From positions 419,244,001 through 419,308,000 of the forward strand of contig OZ024740.1 in the NCBI GenBank assembly GCA_964016885.1: a DNA stretch of 64,000 nt, given 5' to 3'. Each line of letters starts with the position of its first letter. Within the stretch, counting starts at the first letter, position 1. Positions 12,478 to 24,591 of this stretch are shown piece by piece. Origin of the DNA: Eledone cirrhosa. Lineage: Eukaryota. Made by a program: the position numbers and the translations under genes. Below the pieces are notes generated by a model. The model ran no database searches. It had not been told where the DNA came from and was given only the letters and a program-made list of their open reading frames with translations.

Positions 12478-14090
12478 TATCATCATCGTTTAATGTCCAT
12501 CTTCCACGCTAGCATGGGTTTGGACGGGAATTTTCGCACTTGAGGCAAGATTGGTTGTTTTGCTCGTATAGGACTGTCTGGCGGGTTTTCTACAGCTGGA
12601 TGCCCTTCCTAACACCAACCACGTTTACAGTGTGGACTGGGAGGTTTTTACCGTGTTACCTACACAGCCACATTACAGTGTGGACTGTGTGTTTTTTTTG
12701 TCGTGACACCTACACGACCTCATTTGTTTCGGACTGGATGTTGTGGTACCAACATAACTTTACATAGGAAAGGGTGGTGTGGATGGGTGGGGGTAGTGGG
12801 ACGGGGGGTGTATTTTTGTTAGAGGTGCCTACTGGACTGTAGGTTTCGCTTTGTACTTAGGCAAGGCGGGTCTTCTGTATTACTGTGTAGCGCCAAAGAT
12901 CTCGGTCCAGTGACATTTTCTTGGAGAGATGTAAGTGTGTGAGGTCGGAATTTATCAAGTCATCCCAGGTTTTTCTGGGTCTGCCTACTCCGTGGCTACC
13001 GTCTATTTTTATCGCCCTGCACTTTTTTATACAGCTGTCGTCTTTTATGCGCATCACGTAACCGTATCAACGTAGTCTTCTCTTGAGTAAACAGCATCTG
13101 ATCTCTCTTATTCCTAATTTCTCCCTTAGTTCGTTTATGCTTTGCCGTTCACGTATATTACTATTACACATCCAGCGGAGCATGCAAGCTTCGTTCCTCT
13201 CCAGTCTGTGTATATCCTCTGCACACAATGCCCAGGTCTCACTGCTATGTAACATTGCTGTTTGTATGCAGGCATCATACAGCCTGCCTTTCATTTTTAG
13301 AGAGAACCCTTTAGCGGCCAATAGTGGTATAAGCTCTCTGAACTTTTTCCATCCCGTTCTGACTCCAGCTACTGTACTTTCAGAGCACCCTCCAGCACTG
13401 CTGATTTTGTCACCCAGGTAACGGAAGGTGTCCACTATTTCTATAGAACCATCTGTGCAATGGAATGAGCTAGTATCCTGTGGGCACTTGCTGCTTCTTA
13501 TTGCACCAGAGCACCGGCCACATATAAAATCTATATTCTTAGTTAGCTTACCTGTGATCCCACTACATCTTTTATGCACCCATACTTTGCATTTGGGACA
13601 TAAAATGGAGTTTCTGCCTACTTCTTTCCTACACACTGAGCATGGCCATTTCCCAGATGGGACTGGTGCCCTATTTTCCTTCCTACAAACTAGAACTTTA
13701 GTCTTAGACAGGTTAATTTTAAGGCCTTTTGATTCTAGGCTATGCTTCCATGTTTGGAATTTCTCTAGTTCGGCCATTGATTCAGCTATGAGCATTAGAT
13801 CATCTGCATATAGGAGTTCCCATGGGCAGCCAGCCGGTCTTGAACTCCTCTGTTATAGCCTGAAGGGCAATAATAAATAGGAGGGGGCTAAGGATGGAGC
13901 CCTGATGAATACCAACTTTTACGCTAAACTCTTCACTATATTCGTTGTTAATTCTAACCTTGTTGACTGTTTCTTTATATATGGCTTGTATAGCTCTCAC
14001 AAGCCATTCATCAACACCTAGTTTTCTAAGAGCCCACCAGATAATGGAGCGGGGGACTCTGTCAAAGGCTTTCTCCAAGTCAACAAAAGC
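12478..14090 (-). mobile_element. 5'-truncated RTE LINE (RT with PHD insert) with extended 3' UTR
   Basis: ORFs 13800-14078 (DLEKAFDRVP, GIHQGSILSPLLF), 13067-13795 and 12857-13057; frameshift and stop; (GAT)n tail at ~12478. Confidence 0.9.
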
Positions 14091-14667
14091 TTAATTTATT
14101 GAAATTATTTCTCTTTTCCTGTGAGACTCATTAACAATTCTCACTTGGTTTTTTGCTTTATTTCTTCAATATTGAGGAAAATTTCAATAATTTGTGAATT
14201 TATTAAGTACAGTATTTGATAGGCCACTCTGTAACTAATATCTACAGATCATCATCACCGTTTAACGTCCATTTTTTTCCATGCTAGTATGGGTTAGACG
14301 AGTTGTCCTGTTGTGAGACGAGCTAGATCAGATGACTGTGTCTTACTCACACAACTGTTTCTACTGGTTTTTACGGCTGGATGTTCTTCTTAACACCAAC
14401 AATATTTACAGTTTGTACTGGACACTTTTTGTTGTCACCAACATGACCACTTTACAGTGTGGGGAAGACGCATAGGGATGGGAGAGGTAGATCTGGGGGT
14501 GGGGGACTTATCAGGTAAGGGGTGAAGGGTAGGGTCATGGGTAAAGTGTTGAGTGTTAGGACGGGGGAGATGTCTATATATTTTGTTTTATTTTTCAATA
14601 AAATTATTCTTTGTGCATTATTGAATAATTATATTCATATGTTGTTTAAAACAAATTTTTATTGCAG

Positions 14668-14766
14668 ACCCATGGAAAAACTGGTGAGCCCTTCTGGATT
14701 TGGGTAGAGGACCCAGATAACAACTTTATATACCATTCTGAAAATTTCCTTTTACACAAGAAGAGT
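14668..14766 (+). CDS. ASCC3: ASCC3 internal exon (Sec63 Ig-like part)
   Basis: cAG|ACC...AGT|GTaag, 99 nt; THGKTGEPFWIWVEDPDNNFIYHSENFLLHKKS. Confidence 0.92.
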
Positions 14767-15239
14767 GTAAGTTGTATTTAATTAGTTCTATGTAGATATT
14801 TAGTTTCTTTGAATCAGATGTTAGCATTGAAAGAGTATTTACCTAGGTATTAATATGGCATCGCTTTGAATGCTGGGTAATATGAGCAACATAATTGGTG
14901 GTTATTGACATATAATAATTGTTTCTACTTTTGGCACAAAGCCATCAATTACCTAGTGCATTACTGGTACTTTATTTTATCGACCCCGTAAGGATGAAAG
15001 GCAAAGTTATACTTGGCAGGATTTGAACTCGGAATGGCAAGGGCCGTAACTCTCTGTCAAAGCATGGCGTCCAACCCTCTACCAATACTGTATAATAATA
15101 ATTGTTTATACTTTTGGCACAAGGCCGGCAATTATCCAGTACATTACTGGTACTTTATTTTATCGACCCCGTAAGGATGAAAGGCAAAGTTAACCTTGGA
15201 GGGATTTGAACTCAGTCCGTAAAGGGACGTCACTCTTAA

Positions 15240-15354
15240 TAATAATGAAAAAGTATTGTGTACAGTGCTCAGGTGCACTACAACTCATCAAAGGTGCATG
15301 TATAGTACATGTATGTACAAAAGTCAGGAAAGTGAACAGTGTATGAGCCCTGAT

Positions 15355-15385
<31 letters not shown>

Positions 15386-15712
15386 TGTGTGTGTGGAAGG
15401 AGGATATTAGGTGTAGTGTTGGTGAATTTTGGGAAGTATGGAAGTTTTGAAGGATGCAGGCAATTATGCAGCTAACAATTATGTAGCTATCAATTGATGC
15501 AGGTAGTTTGTTCCATGCTTCAGCAACTATGAGCGGGAAAAAAATGTTTCTGAATGTCATGGAAGCTGTACTGTTTTCTGATTTTGCAAGCATGTCCACT
15601 GGTGTTAGACATATGGAATTCAAAAAAGTGTTAGACATGTGGAATTCAAGAAGGTGGTCAGAGTTATTGTTGGAAAGAATGTTGCGCAGATGTAGTTTTT
15701 CTACTGACCATA
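15240..15712 (-). mobile_element. CR1-type LINE 3' fragment
   Basis: VAEAWNKLPAS; 3' end gagttgtagtgcacctgagcactgtacacaat; other 3' fragments at 29150-29425(+), 34995-35257(-) and 44860-45155(-). Confidence 0.8.
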
Positions 15713-15801
15713 GTTCATACGACAGCATTGTTACAAGCAATTATTTGTCTCTAAATGTCTTAAGAAATCAGAATGACAAAAAAACAACAGATTTTGCAAT
15801 C

Positions 15802-16016
15802 CGAGGGGGTTGCTTAAAAGTTCCTGGCTTTGGGTAAAAGAAAATACAGGAGGATCAGTTATGATTTTATTCAACATATTCCCCTCTCAGATACATGCAT
15901 TTATTGCAGCCATCCTTAATTTTTTTCTAAGCCCTGTAAAAAGAACTCTGAAGGTTATGCCTCCAACCAGGCCTCTGTATATCCTTAAAGCAAGGAACTT
16001 GTCAGCACCCCCTCAT
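15802..16016. mobile_element. Tc1/mariner-type MITE
   Basis: Imperfect TIRs CGAGGGGGTTGCTTAAAAGTTCCTGGCTTT / AAAGCAAGGAACTTGTCAGCACCCCCTCA-TA. Confidence 0.7.
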
Positions 16017-16737
16017 ATATAAATTTTCATAGTGGCTGAAGAGAAGAGAGGATTTCAGATATTTCAATAGAGGCAAGTTGAATTTGGAGTTTGTAGAAAC
16101 CAAATATTTAGTGAATGAAGAAAATACACATCTCCCTTACCATCTTCCAGGGAAACGCCTTCTCCATTCTGTCTGCCGGGGCTGTGGGGAGGCCATCAAT
16201 ATGATTGCTTAACCCTTTTATTACCATATTTCTAATCTTTTACCTACATACAATACTTGTTGTAAATGGTATGCAACAAACGTATCTAAGGTTTCATCAG
16301 TATGGTAAAATATTATTACTCTATTACTTGGTGTTCCAACCGACAGGCTGAGGCCATGCTGGAGCACTGCCATTATAAAATATATTATAAAATATGCTTG
16401 TAATATTAAACATAAATATTATGAGTACGTAAATTTAGAAAGTGTTTAAGACAGATTAGATTGTTTTGTTTTTGTAAAATATCTTGGCAAGCTTATGCTG
16501 TATATTGTACAAAAAAACATAACATCTATGAGCTTAGCTGGTCTCACTTGGAAATCTAGCCAGTTTGGTTGGAAACTGTTGCTGTTGACAGGGCCCGTTG
16601 GAAGGAGTATTTCAGGACTCTGCCCCCACAACCCTCTCAGAAATAAGTGGACGAAGAAGGAGAATATTATACTGTAACATTTTTATATTGAGAATTAAAC
16701 TAATTGTAAAATCTATGAAAATGTCTTCTTCTTGCAG

Positions 16738-16906
16738 GTTATTGCTATGGAACCACAGACAATGGTTTTTACTATTCCAATATTTGAACCATTACCAAAT
16801 CAATACTACATTCACATTTGTTCTGATCGGTGGATTGGCTCTGAGAATGTTTTGCCAATATCTTTTCAACATCTGATTCTTCCTGAACGACATCCCCCAC
16901 ACACAA
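16738..16906 (+). CDS. ASCC3: ASCC3 internal exon (end of Sec63 and inter-cassette linker)
   Basis: cAG|GTT...ACA A|GTaagt, 169 nt; VFTIPIFEPLPNQYYI...SDRWIG...FQHLILPERHPPHT. Confidence 0.94.
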
Positions 16907-17094
16907 GTAAGTTTATTCTTTCAACCTCTCCCATATTTTATTTTTACTGAAATTAAACAATAAAGGCAATTTTAATAAAATAATTTAGAGCCCTACATCA
17001 AGATTAATGTACGCATTCAAAAACCTTGTCTCGTGTTAAATTTTTGGGTTTCTTTTTGACTTGACACATTGCTTCCATTTCATAGGAAAATTTG

Positions 17095-17362
17095 CTAAAT
17101 TAGTTGTAAAGTGGTTGGTGATAGGAAGGGCATCCAACTAGAAATCTTGTCAAACAAACAGGTCGGGAGGACCCTAAGTTGTGTCAACGACATGACAACC
17201 TCTCCTGTGCACTCAGTGGAGTGTCAACTATACATAAAGGGAGATACAGATCCCTGGCCTGTCTGGGAGATCAGTGGTTCCGCTTCAGTACTGACTTTGT
17301 GTATGTAGACCCGTCCAACCTTTGCTAGCAGGGAAAGTGGATGTTAACTCAACGATGATGAT
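17095..17362 (+). mobile_element. RTE-tail short element, variant with a longer internal segment
   Basis: gtaaagtggttggtgataggaagggcatcc...gatacagatccctggcctgtctgggagatcagt...RTE tail; second copy ~43490-43712; fragments at ~25650-25780 and 29440-29600. Confidence 0.6.
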
Positions 17363-17679
17363 AGTTATCGTAATTCTACTTTCCTTTCCTCTGTCAAAAT
17401 CTATTTCTTTCCTCGCATTTATGCTACCTAATTGAGTTTGTCTGCCAGATAATTGCATCTCTATATATTTATGGTTTTAAATTAAGTTTTCCATTTTCCA
17501 TTATGCTAATCATTGAAGAGGTCTAAGTTAGATATTATTAACCTATTTATTGATCTTTCTTCAATCATCTCTGTCTTGAGGCAATTGTGTAATTAGCTCA
17601 TATTTAATTCCTTTATTTCAAGTCTTCTTTGCTTTTCTCTGGTTTCTGGCTCTACAACAATTAGTTTAAATAAATAAAC

Positions 17680-18440
17680 ATTGTAAATCTTGGCTACACA
17701 AGAGCTGTAGCGGGATAATGGGTAGACTAACAGGAAGGGAAGACTTTGTTTGTAGGAGATTCATAGCTGTAACTGAGGGGAAGATAGTCAGTGATGATAG
17801 CCTATTCCAGTCACAGGAAGGACCCATAGAAGTGGTAGATAGCTTCTGCTATCTAACTCTAACTGACTTAATTAGCAGCAGAGGAAGGTGCTCTGAAAGC
17901 ATAATAGCTAGAATAAGAATAGGATAGAAAAAGTTCAGAGAGCTACTCCCACTGTCGACCATAAAAGGTTTCTCCCTACACACAAAGGGACGACTGTATG
18001 ACGCCTGTGTGCGAAGAGTAATGCTGCATAGTAGTGAAACATGGGCTGTGACTGTGGAGGACATGTTTAGACTGGAGAGAAGTGAAGCAACCATGCTTCG
18101 TTGGATGTGTAATGTAAATGTGAATGAAAAGCAGAGCTTGGTTGAACTGAGGGAGAAGCTGGGTTTAAGAGGAATTCAAGGTAGTGTGATGGAGAGAAGA
18201 CTGTGGATACAGATATGTGATGCACATGGATGATGATCAATAGGTGAAGAAGTGCCAGGAAATCTCAGTGGATGGAAGCTGCAGTAGAGGTAGACCGAGA
18301 AAGACCTGGGCAGAGGTTGTAAGAGCTGACTTCAAATCACTAAGACTCACAGAGGAGATGACAAAGGATCGCATCGTGTGAAGAGATGCTGTGCTGAAAA
18401 GAACCCGTCTAATCCATGCAAGCATGGAAAAACAGATGTA
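17680..18440 (+). mobile_element. RTE LINE 3' portion, degenerate
   Basis: IEVVDSFCYL, MLHSSETWAVTVED, GRPRKTWAEVV; multiple stops. Confidence 0.85.
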
Positions 18441-19303
18441 AATATAATTGTTTCTACTTTTTGGCACAAGGCCAGCAATTATCCAGTGTATTACTGGTAC
18501 TTTATTTTATCGACCCCGTAAGGATGAAAGGCAAAGTCAACCTCGGGTTCACGCAGATGTAAATATAATGATGATGATGATGTCTCTGTTTGAGACGAAG
18601 TGTTAGTGTATTTGAATTCATAGAACAATGAGAACTCAACGCAAAAATAGCTGCTGAAACAGTCAAATGCTGTCAGTGTCAGCATTGGGTAAAAATACCT
18701 CAGAGGACAGATCTGTGGCTAGTGGTCAGTAGAGACAATCTGTGAGGTGGGTGATGGGTAGGAGAACAAGAAGAGTGTTGGTGCAGAGAAGTGACTGGAA
18801 GAAATAAATAAAGAAAGGCAATGGACAAGACAAGTTCACACATGTAATGTGGTCGTGTATGTGACAACAAAAATCACCCAGTACACTGTAAATGTGGTTG
18901 GCATTAGGAAGGGCATCCAGCTGTAGAAACCAAGTCAAATCAGTTCTGAGTGAGCAAGTCATGGTCATCAGACCCAGCTTCTCTCACAACGGGGCAACTT
19001 GTTTAACTCATGCTAGCATGGAAAATTGACATTAAATGATGGTGATGATGATATCTTCACCCTCAATACTTCTAGAGATCTACACTAGCAAAAATCACTT
19101 CAATCATAAAAACCCAGCTAGTTATATATTTTTCTGTTCAATATTGAATATGGATTTTATTCTTTAATATATTGATCAGATTTCACTATAAAAATAAATG
19201 AATAAATATACAATTAACCATTATTCAATTAACTCATTACATTGATATCAGTAATATTAAAACAATGTTGTCTCTGATTGAGATGAAGCAAGAGTGTATT
19301 TGA

Positions 19304-19515
19304 ATATTTATAAAAATGAGAAAACTGATCGCTAGAACACCAGTTAAAACAGCTAAATGCAATCAAAAACAGCAATGGGCAAAAATACCTCAGAGGACAG
19401 AGACCAGCAGCCTGGTCTCTGTCTTCTGAGGCATTTTTGCCCATTGCTGTCTTTGACAGCATTTAACTGTTTTAACGGCTATTCTAGCAATGAGTTTTTT
19501 CATTTTTATAAATAT
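19304..19515. repeat. ~210-bp foldback palindrome (probable MITE)
   Basis: Arms ATATTTATAAAAATGA...GACAGAGACCAG and CTGGTCTCTGTC...TCATTTTTATAAATAT with a 4-nt loop. Confidence 0.85.
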
Positions 19516-19534
19516 CAGTAATCTTTTTCCCCCT

Positions 19535-22500
19535 CATCATCATCATCATCATCATTTTACGTCCGCTTTTCCCTGCTTGCAAGGGTGGGACGGGTCTTAT
19601 TCAGCACAGCATCTCTCCACTCGTCACGGTCCCTCGTCATCTCCACCATGAGCTTCAATGATCTGAGGTTTGTTCTCACCACCTCTGCCCATGTTTTTCG
19701 TGGTCTACCTCTACCACGTCTTCCTTTAACTGGCAATTCCTGGCACTTCTTCACCCATCGGTCATCCTCCATGCGCATCACATGTCCATACCACCTGAGT
19801 CTCCTCTCCCATACACTACATTCTATCCCTCTCAGACACAGTTTCTCTCTCAACACATTTAAGCTGGGTCGTTCACGCACATTTACACTGCACATCCAAC
19901 GGAGCATACTTGCCTCATTTCTCTCCAGCCGTCGCATGTCCTCTGCAGTTACTGCCCATGTCTCACTACCATGCAGCATCGCGCTCCTCAATCAGGCATC
20001 ATACAACCGGCCTTTCGTACGCAGGGAGAAACCCTTCTTCGTCAACAGAGGAAGCAGCTCCCTAAACTTCTTCCAACCCGTCCTTATTCTAGATACTATG
20101 GCATCGGAACACCCTCCTCCCATGCTAATCTGATCTCCTAGGTACCGGAAGCTATCCACCACTTCTATAGCGCCCTCCTGCATTTGAAAAATGTGTCTAT
20201 CAATGCGACTTCTACTGTCTAATTTCCCTGTACATCTACTGCATACATATTTCTCCCTACCTGTTAGTTTGCCTGCTATCCTGTTACATCTCTTGTGTAC
20301 CCAGGATCTGCATTGTGTGCATTTTATAGAATTTATGCCAGTTCCTTTTCTGCATATCGAACATGGCCATTTCCCTGACGGAATCAGGGTTTTGTCCTCT
20401 TTTCTACTCATCAACACTTTTGTCTTAGCTAGATTCACTCTCAGTCCTCTTGCTTCCAACTGCTGTTTCCATAGCCAGAATTTATTCTCTAGCTCCTCTA
20501 CTGATTCTGCTATAAGAACCAGAACGTCAGCATAGAGAAGTTCCCATGGACAGCCAGTCTTAAACTCCTCTGTTATGGCTTGGAGGACTATAATGAACAA
20601 GAGCGGGCTGAGGACCGAACCCTGATGTACTCCTACTTGTATCTGGAATTCCTCACTAAACTCCATTCCTACCCTGACTTTACTGAGAGTACCTCTGTAC
20701 AAAGTTTGCACTGTCCTCACAAGCCATTCCTCAACACCTAGCTTCCTTAGGGACCACCAAATGACAGATCGGGGTACCCTATCAAAGGCCTTCTCTAGGT
20801 CAACAAAGGCTAAGTATAGTGGCTTATTCTTCTCTAAGAACCTCTCTTGCAATTGTCTCAACAAGAAGAGGGCATTTGTTGTACTCTTCCCAGGCACAAA
20901 ACCAAACTGCATCTCATCTAGTTTGACCCTTTCTCTAATTAGTTGTGCCACTTTCATAACCTGATCTATCAGTTTTATACCCCTATAATTGCTCCTCTCC
21001 AAAGCATCCCCTTTACCTTTATAGCAATTTATGAGAATACTGCTGCACCAGTCTTTGGGTATGACACCACCATATATAGCCTGATTGATGATGCGTGCAA
21101 CCAGTTTAGTGCCTACGTCCCCTGATGCCTTCAGCATCTCAGCAACTATTCCCGATGGTCCGGCAGCCTTACCATTTTTCATTTCCCTAATCGCCTCTTG
21201 GACCCTATATTCGTCAATCTCAATAGCTGGTCCCTCTGTCGGATCTACCAAGGGTAATTTCTCTCTCTCCCATTCGTTCTCCACATTCATCAGTCTCTCA
21301 TAATGACATTTCCAGGCCTCCTTTTTCTGATCATTCGTGACACTAAGTACACCGGCATCATCCCGGACACATTTATCTCCAACAACATCCTGATTTGCAT
21401 TGACACACTGCCTTGCAATGTGGAACACCGCACGCCTCTGATCTTCCCGTCGCAGCACATTGGCAAACCTCCTACTCTCTGCCTCCCTGCGTGCTAAGTA
21501 CACCTGACGTCTAGCTTCTCTCTTAGTGGCTGTATATTCTTCCCTACTCCCACCCTTTTTCCAAGCCTTCCATGCTAGTCTTTTGTCTCTAATAGCCTTA
21601 TCTACTGTGCTGTTCCACCACCAGGTCACTCTCTGTCTGTTTGGAGCTCTGCTCCAGCCACAAGTTCCATCAGTAGCCTGCAGCAAGTTGTCACGTAGGA
21701 AATTTCAGTTATTATCTATGTCATACGTCTCTAAATCGTCTTCTTTTTCTTCATATACATCTTGAAAGGCTTTCCTAAATTTATATTTTAGTGAAAGGTC
21801 TTTTAGCTTCCAGACCTTTCTTCTCCACACCTTCCTATATGTCTCATTCCATCTCTTGCTTACTGAGATATCACTAACAACTAACCTATGCTGTGGGGTA
21901 CATTCTTCCCCAGGGTATGCCTTGGTATTAGACACTATCTGCCTGTCCCGTTGCTTAACTAGTAAAAAGTCAATCTGGCTTATGTGCTCACCAGATTTGT
22001 AGGTTATTAGGTGATTGGCAGGTTTCTGGAAGTTTGTGTTGCAAATAGTCAATGTACCTGCATCACAAAATTCAAGAAGTCTCACTCCTTCATTTCTTGA
22101 ACCGTAACCGTGCCCACCATGTACCCCAGTGTAACCATCCTGGAGCTGTCCAACATGACCATTGAAGTCTCCTGCTAGCATAACGATGTCTCCGTCCTCT
22201 GTCATTGCGGTTGTTTGCAAAAGTTGCTCATAAAAGCAGTCTTTCTCATCTTTGCCTAGGCCTGCTTGCGGAGCATAGGCCGAGATGATTGTCAGTAGTC
22301 TCCTACCTACAACTAATCTAAGCTTAATTATTCAATTACTAACTCGAACTATCACTATTGTCTTATTGATCCATTTCTCAGCCAGGAAAATGCCTACTCC
22401 CCCTAACCCATCATCCTTACCTACCCAGAATAGCTTATAGCTAAGACGTTTGCCTACAACTAGTCTCGCAGAGGCACCTCTCCATCTCACCTCTTGCACG

Positions 22501-22790
22501 CAGCACACATCCACCTGCCTTCTCTCCAGCATCTCCGCTATTTCAGCAGATCTACCTCTGAGAGTGCCAACATTAAGTGTTGCAACTCTGAGATGCGACG
22601 TCTTCATATTTTGTTGTTCCTATTTGTTGCTGTGCTGATAAGCGTTTTGGCATTGATACACTGGTTGGATGCCCTTCCTAACACCAGCGCCACTTTACAG
22701 CATGGACTGGGTGCTTTTATTTGTGCCACCAGCACTAGAGAGGATGTCTTACTAGACTCAAGGGCCCTCTCTACCCCTCCATTTTACAGC
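19535..22790 (-). mobile_element. Near full-length RTE-clade LINE (APE endonuclease plus RT), inactivated
   Basis: EN motifs LNVGTL, VQEVRW, AGDFNGHVG, SQIDF, QHRLV; RT motifs NYRGIKL, QFGF, FVDLEKAFD, GVHQGSVLSPLLF; YADV instead of YADD; frameshifts and a TGA at ~19992; (GAT)n tail. Confidence 0.95.
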
Positions 22791-22943
22791 ATGGTCATAA
22801 AAAACCCCCCAAAAAACCCTTATTGACACGACGTACACACACACACTCACACACCAACACTCATGCATACAAACCACAACCACACACACGCCACTCACAT
22901 ACCAACACTCATTCATGCATACAATCACACACACCACTCACAA

Positions 22944-22975
<32 letters not shown>

Positions 22976-23065
22976 TACCGACAGTACATGTAATAATGAT
23001 TTGCTAAATAATATTTAAGATTTAGAAAATACATTTTCTGTAAACTTGTTTATTATCTTTTACAG

Positions 23066-23286
23066 AACTTTTGGATTTAAATCCATTACCAAAGACTGCC
23101 TTGAAAAATAAAGATTTTGAAGACCTCTATAAATTTAGTCACTTCAACCCAGTGCAGACACAAGTCTTTCATACACTCTATCACACAGATTCCAACGTTC
23201 TTTTAGGAGCACCAACAGGTTCAGGCAAAACAGTGGCTGCAGAAATAGCCATCTTTAGAGTGTTCCAGATTTACAAGAAGGCTAAG
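23066..23286 (+). CDS. ASCC3: ASCC3 internal exon (second helicase cassette, Q motif and Walker A)
   Basis: cAG|AA CTT...AAG|GTaa, 221 nt; LLDLNPLP...FNPVQTQ...GAPTGSGKT. Confidence 0.95.
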
Positions 23287-23359
23287 GTAATTTCCCTGAT
23301 TAAAACTAATAATCTACTCATATGATAGTCATCATCATTACTTATTTAGAAGTTCCTGC

Positions 23360-24478
23360 GTCTTGAGATACATAAGGCATCCAAAGTGCTCCAATGACCA
23401 TGGTCAGTTACATCTATCAATACATCCCACATCTTGAGACACATGAGACAGCCAAAGTGCTCCAATGACCACGGTCAGTTACATCTATCACTACATCCCA
23501 CATCTTGAGACACATGAGACAGCCAAAGTGTTCCAATGACCACGGTCAGTTACATCTATCAATACATCCCATGTCTTGAGACACATGAGACAGCCAAAGT
23601 GTTCCAATGACCACGGTCAGTTACATCTATCAATACATCCCATGTCTTGAGACACATGAGACAGCCAAAGTGCTCCAATGACCATGGTCAGTTACATCTA
23701 TCAATACATCCCACATCTTGAGACACATGAGACAGCCAAAGTGTTCCAATGACCACGGTCAGTTACATCTATCAATACATCCCACATCTTGAGACGCATG
23801 AGACAGCCAAAGTGTTCCAATGACCACAGTCAGTTACACCTATCAATACATCCCACATCTTGAGACACATGAGACAGCCAAAGTGCTCCACTGACCATGG
23901 TCAGTTACACCTATCAATACATCCCACATCTTGAGACACATGAGACAGCCAAAGTGCTCCAATGACCATGGTCAGTTACATCTATCAATACATCCCACAT
24001 CTTGAGACACATGAGACAGCCAAAGTGTTCCAATGACCACGGTCAGTTACATCTATCAATACATCCCACATCTTGAGACACATGAGACAGCCAAAGTGTT
24101 CCAATGACCACAGTCAGTTACACCTATCAATACATCCCACATCTTGAGACGCATGAGACAGCCAAAGTGTTCCAATGACCACAGTCAGTTACACCTATCA
24201 ATACATCCCACATCTTGAGACACATGAGACAGCCAAAGTGCTCCACTGACCATGGTCAGTTACACCTATCAATACATCCCACATCTTGAGACACATGAGA
24301 CAGCCAAAGTGCTCCAATGACCATGGTCAGTTACACCTATCAATACATCCCACATCTTGAGACACATGAGACAGCCAAAGTGTTCCAATGACCACAGTCA
24401 GTTACATCTATCAATACATCCCACATCTTGAGACAGCCAAAGTGCTCCAATGACCACAGTCAGTTGTATCTCTCAACA
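23360..24478. repeat. 71-bp minisatellite, ~16 copies
   Basis: Unit CATCTTGAGACACATGAGACAGCCAAAGTG(C/T)TCCAATGACCA(C/T)GGTCAGTTACATCTATCAATACATCCCA. Confidence 0.95.
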
Positions 24479-24591
24479 CACTCCAACTCTTGTTGACAGG
24501 TCTCTGTCAATTGTCATCTTCCAGTTCATCTTCAGATGTCCTCTTCTCTTTCCAGGGGGGTACTACCAATTCAGGACCTGATTAGCATGTC

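Noticed and set aside
19992-21686. 564-aa ORF as an active or domesticated RT gene
   Set aside because: The catalytic YADD is mutated to YADV and the ORF is bounded by a stop and frameshifts, so it is a dead LINE copy.
23360-24478. CRISPR-like periodicity here and in the other arrays
   Set aside because: The units are wholly repeated with no unique spacers, there are no cas genes, and the context is a eukaryotic intron.
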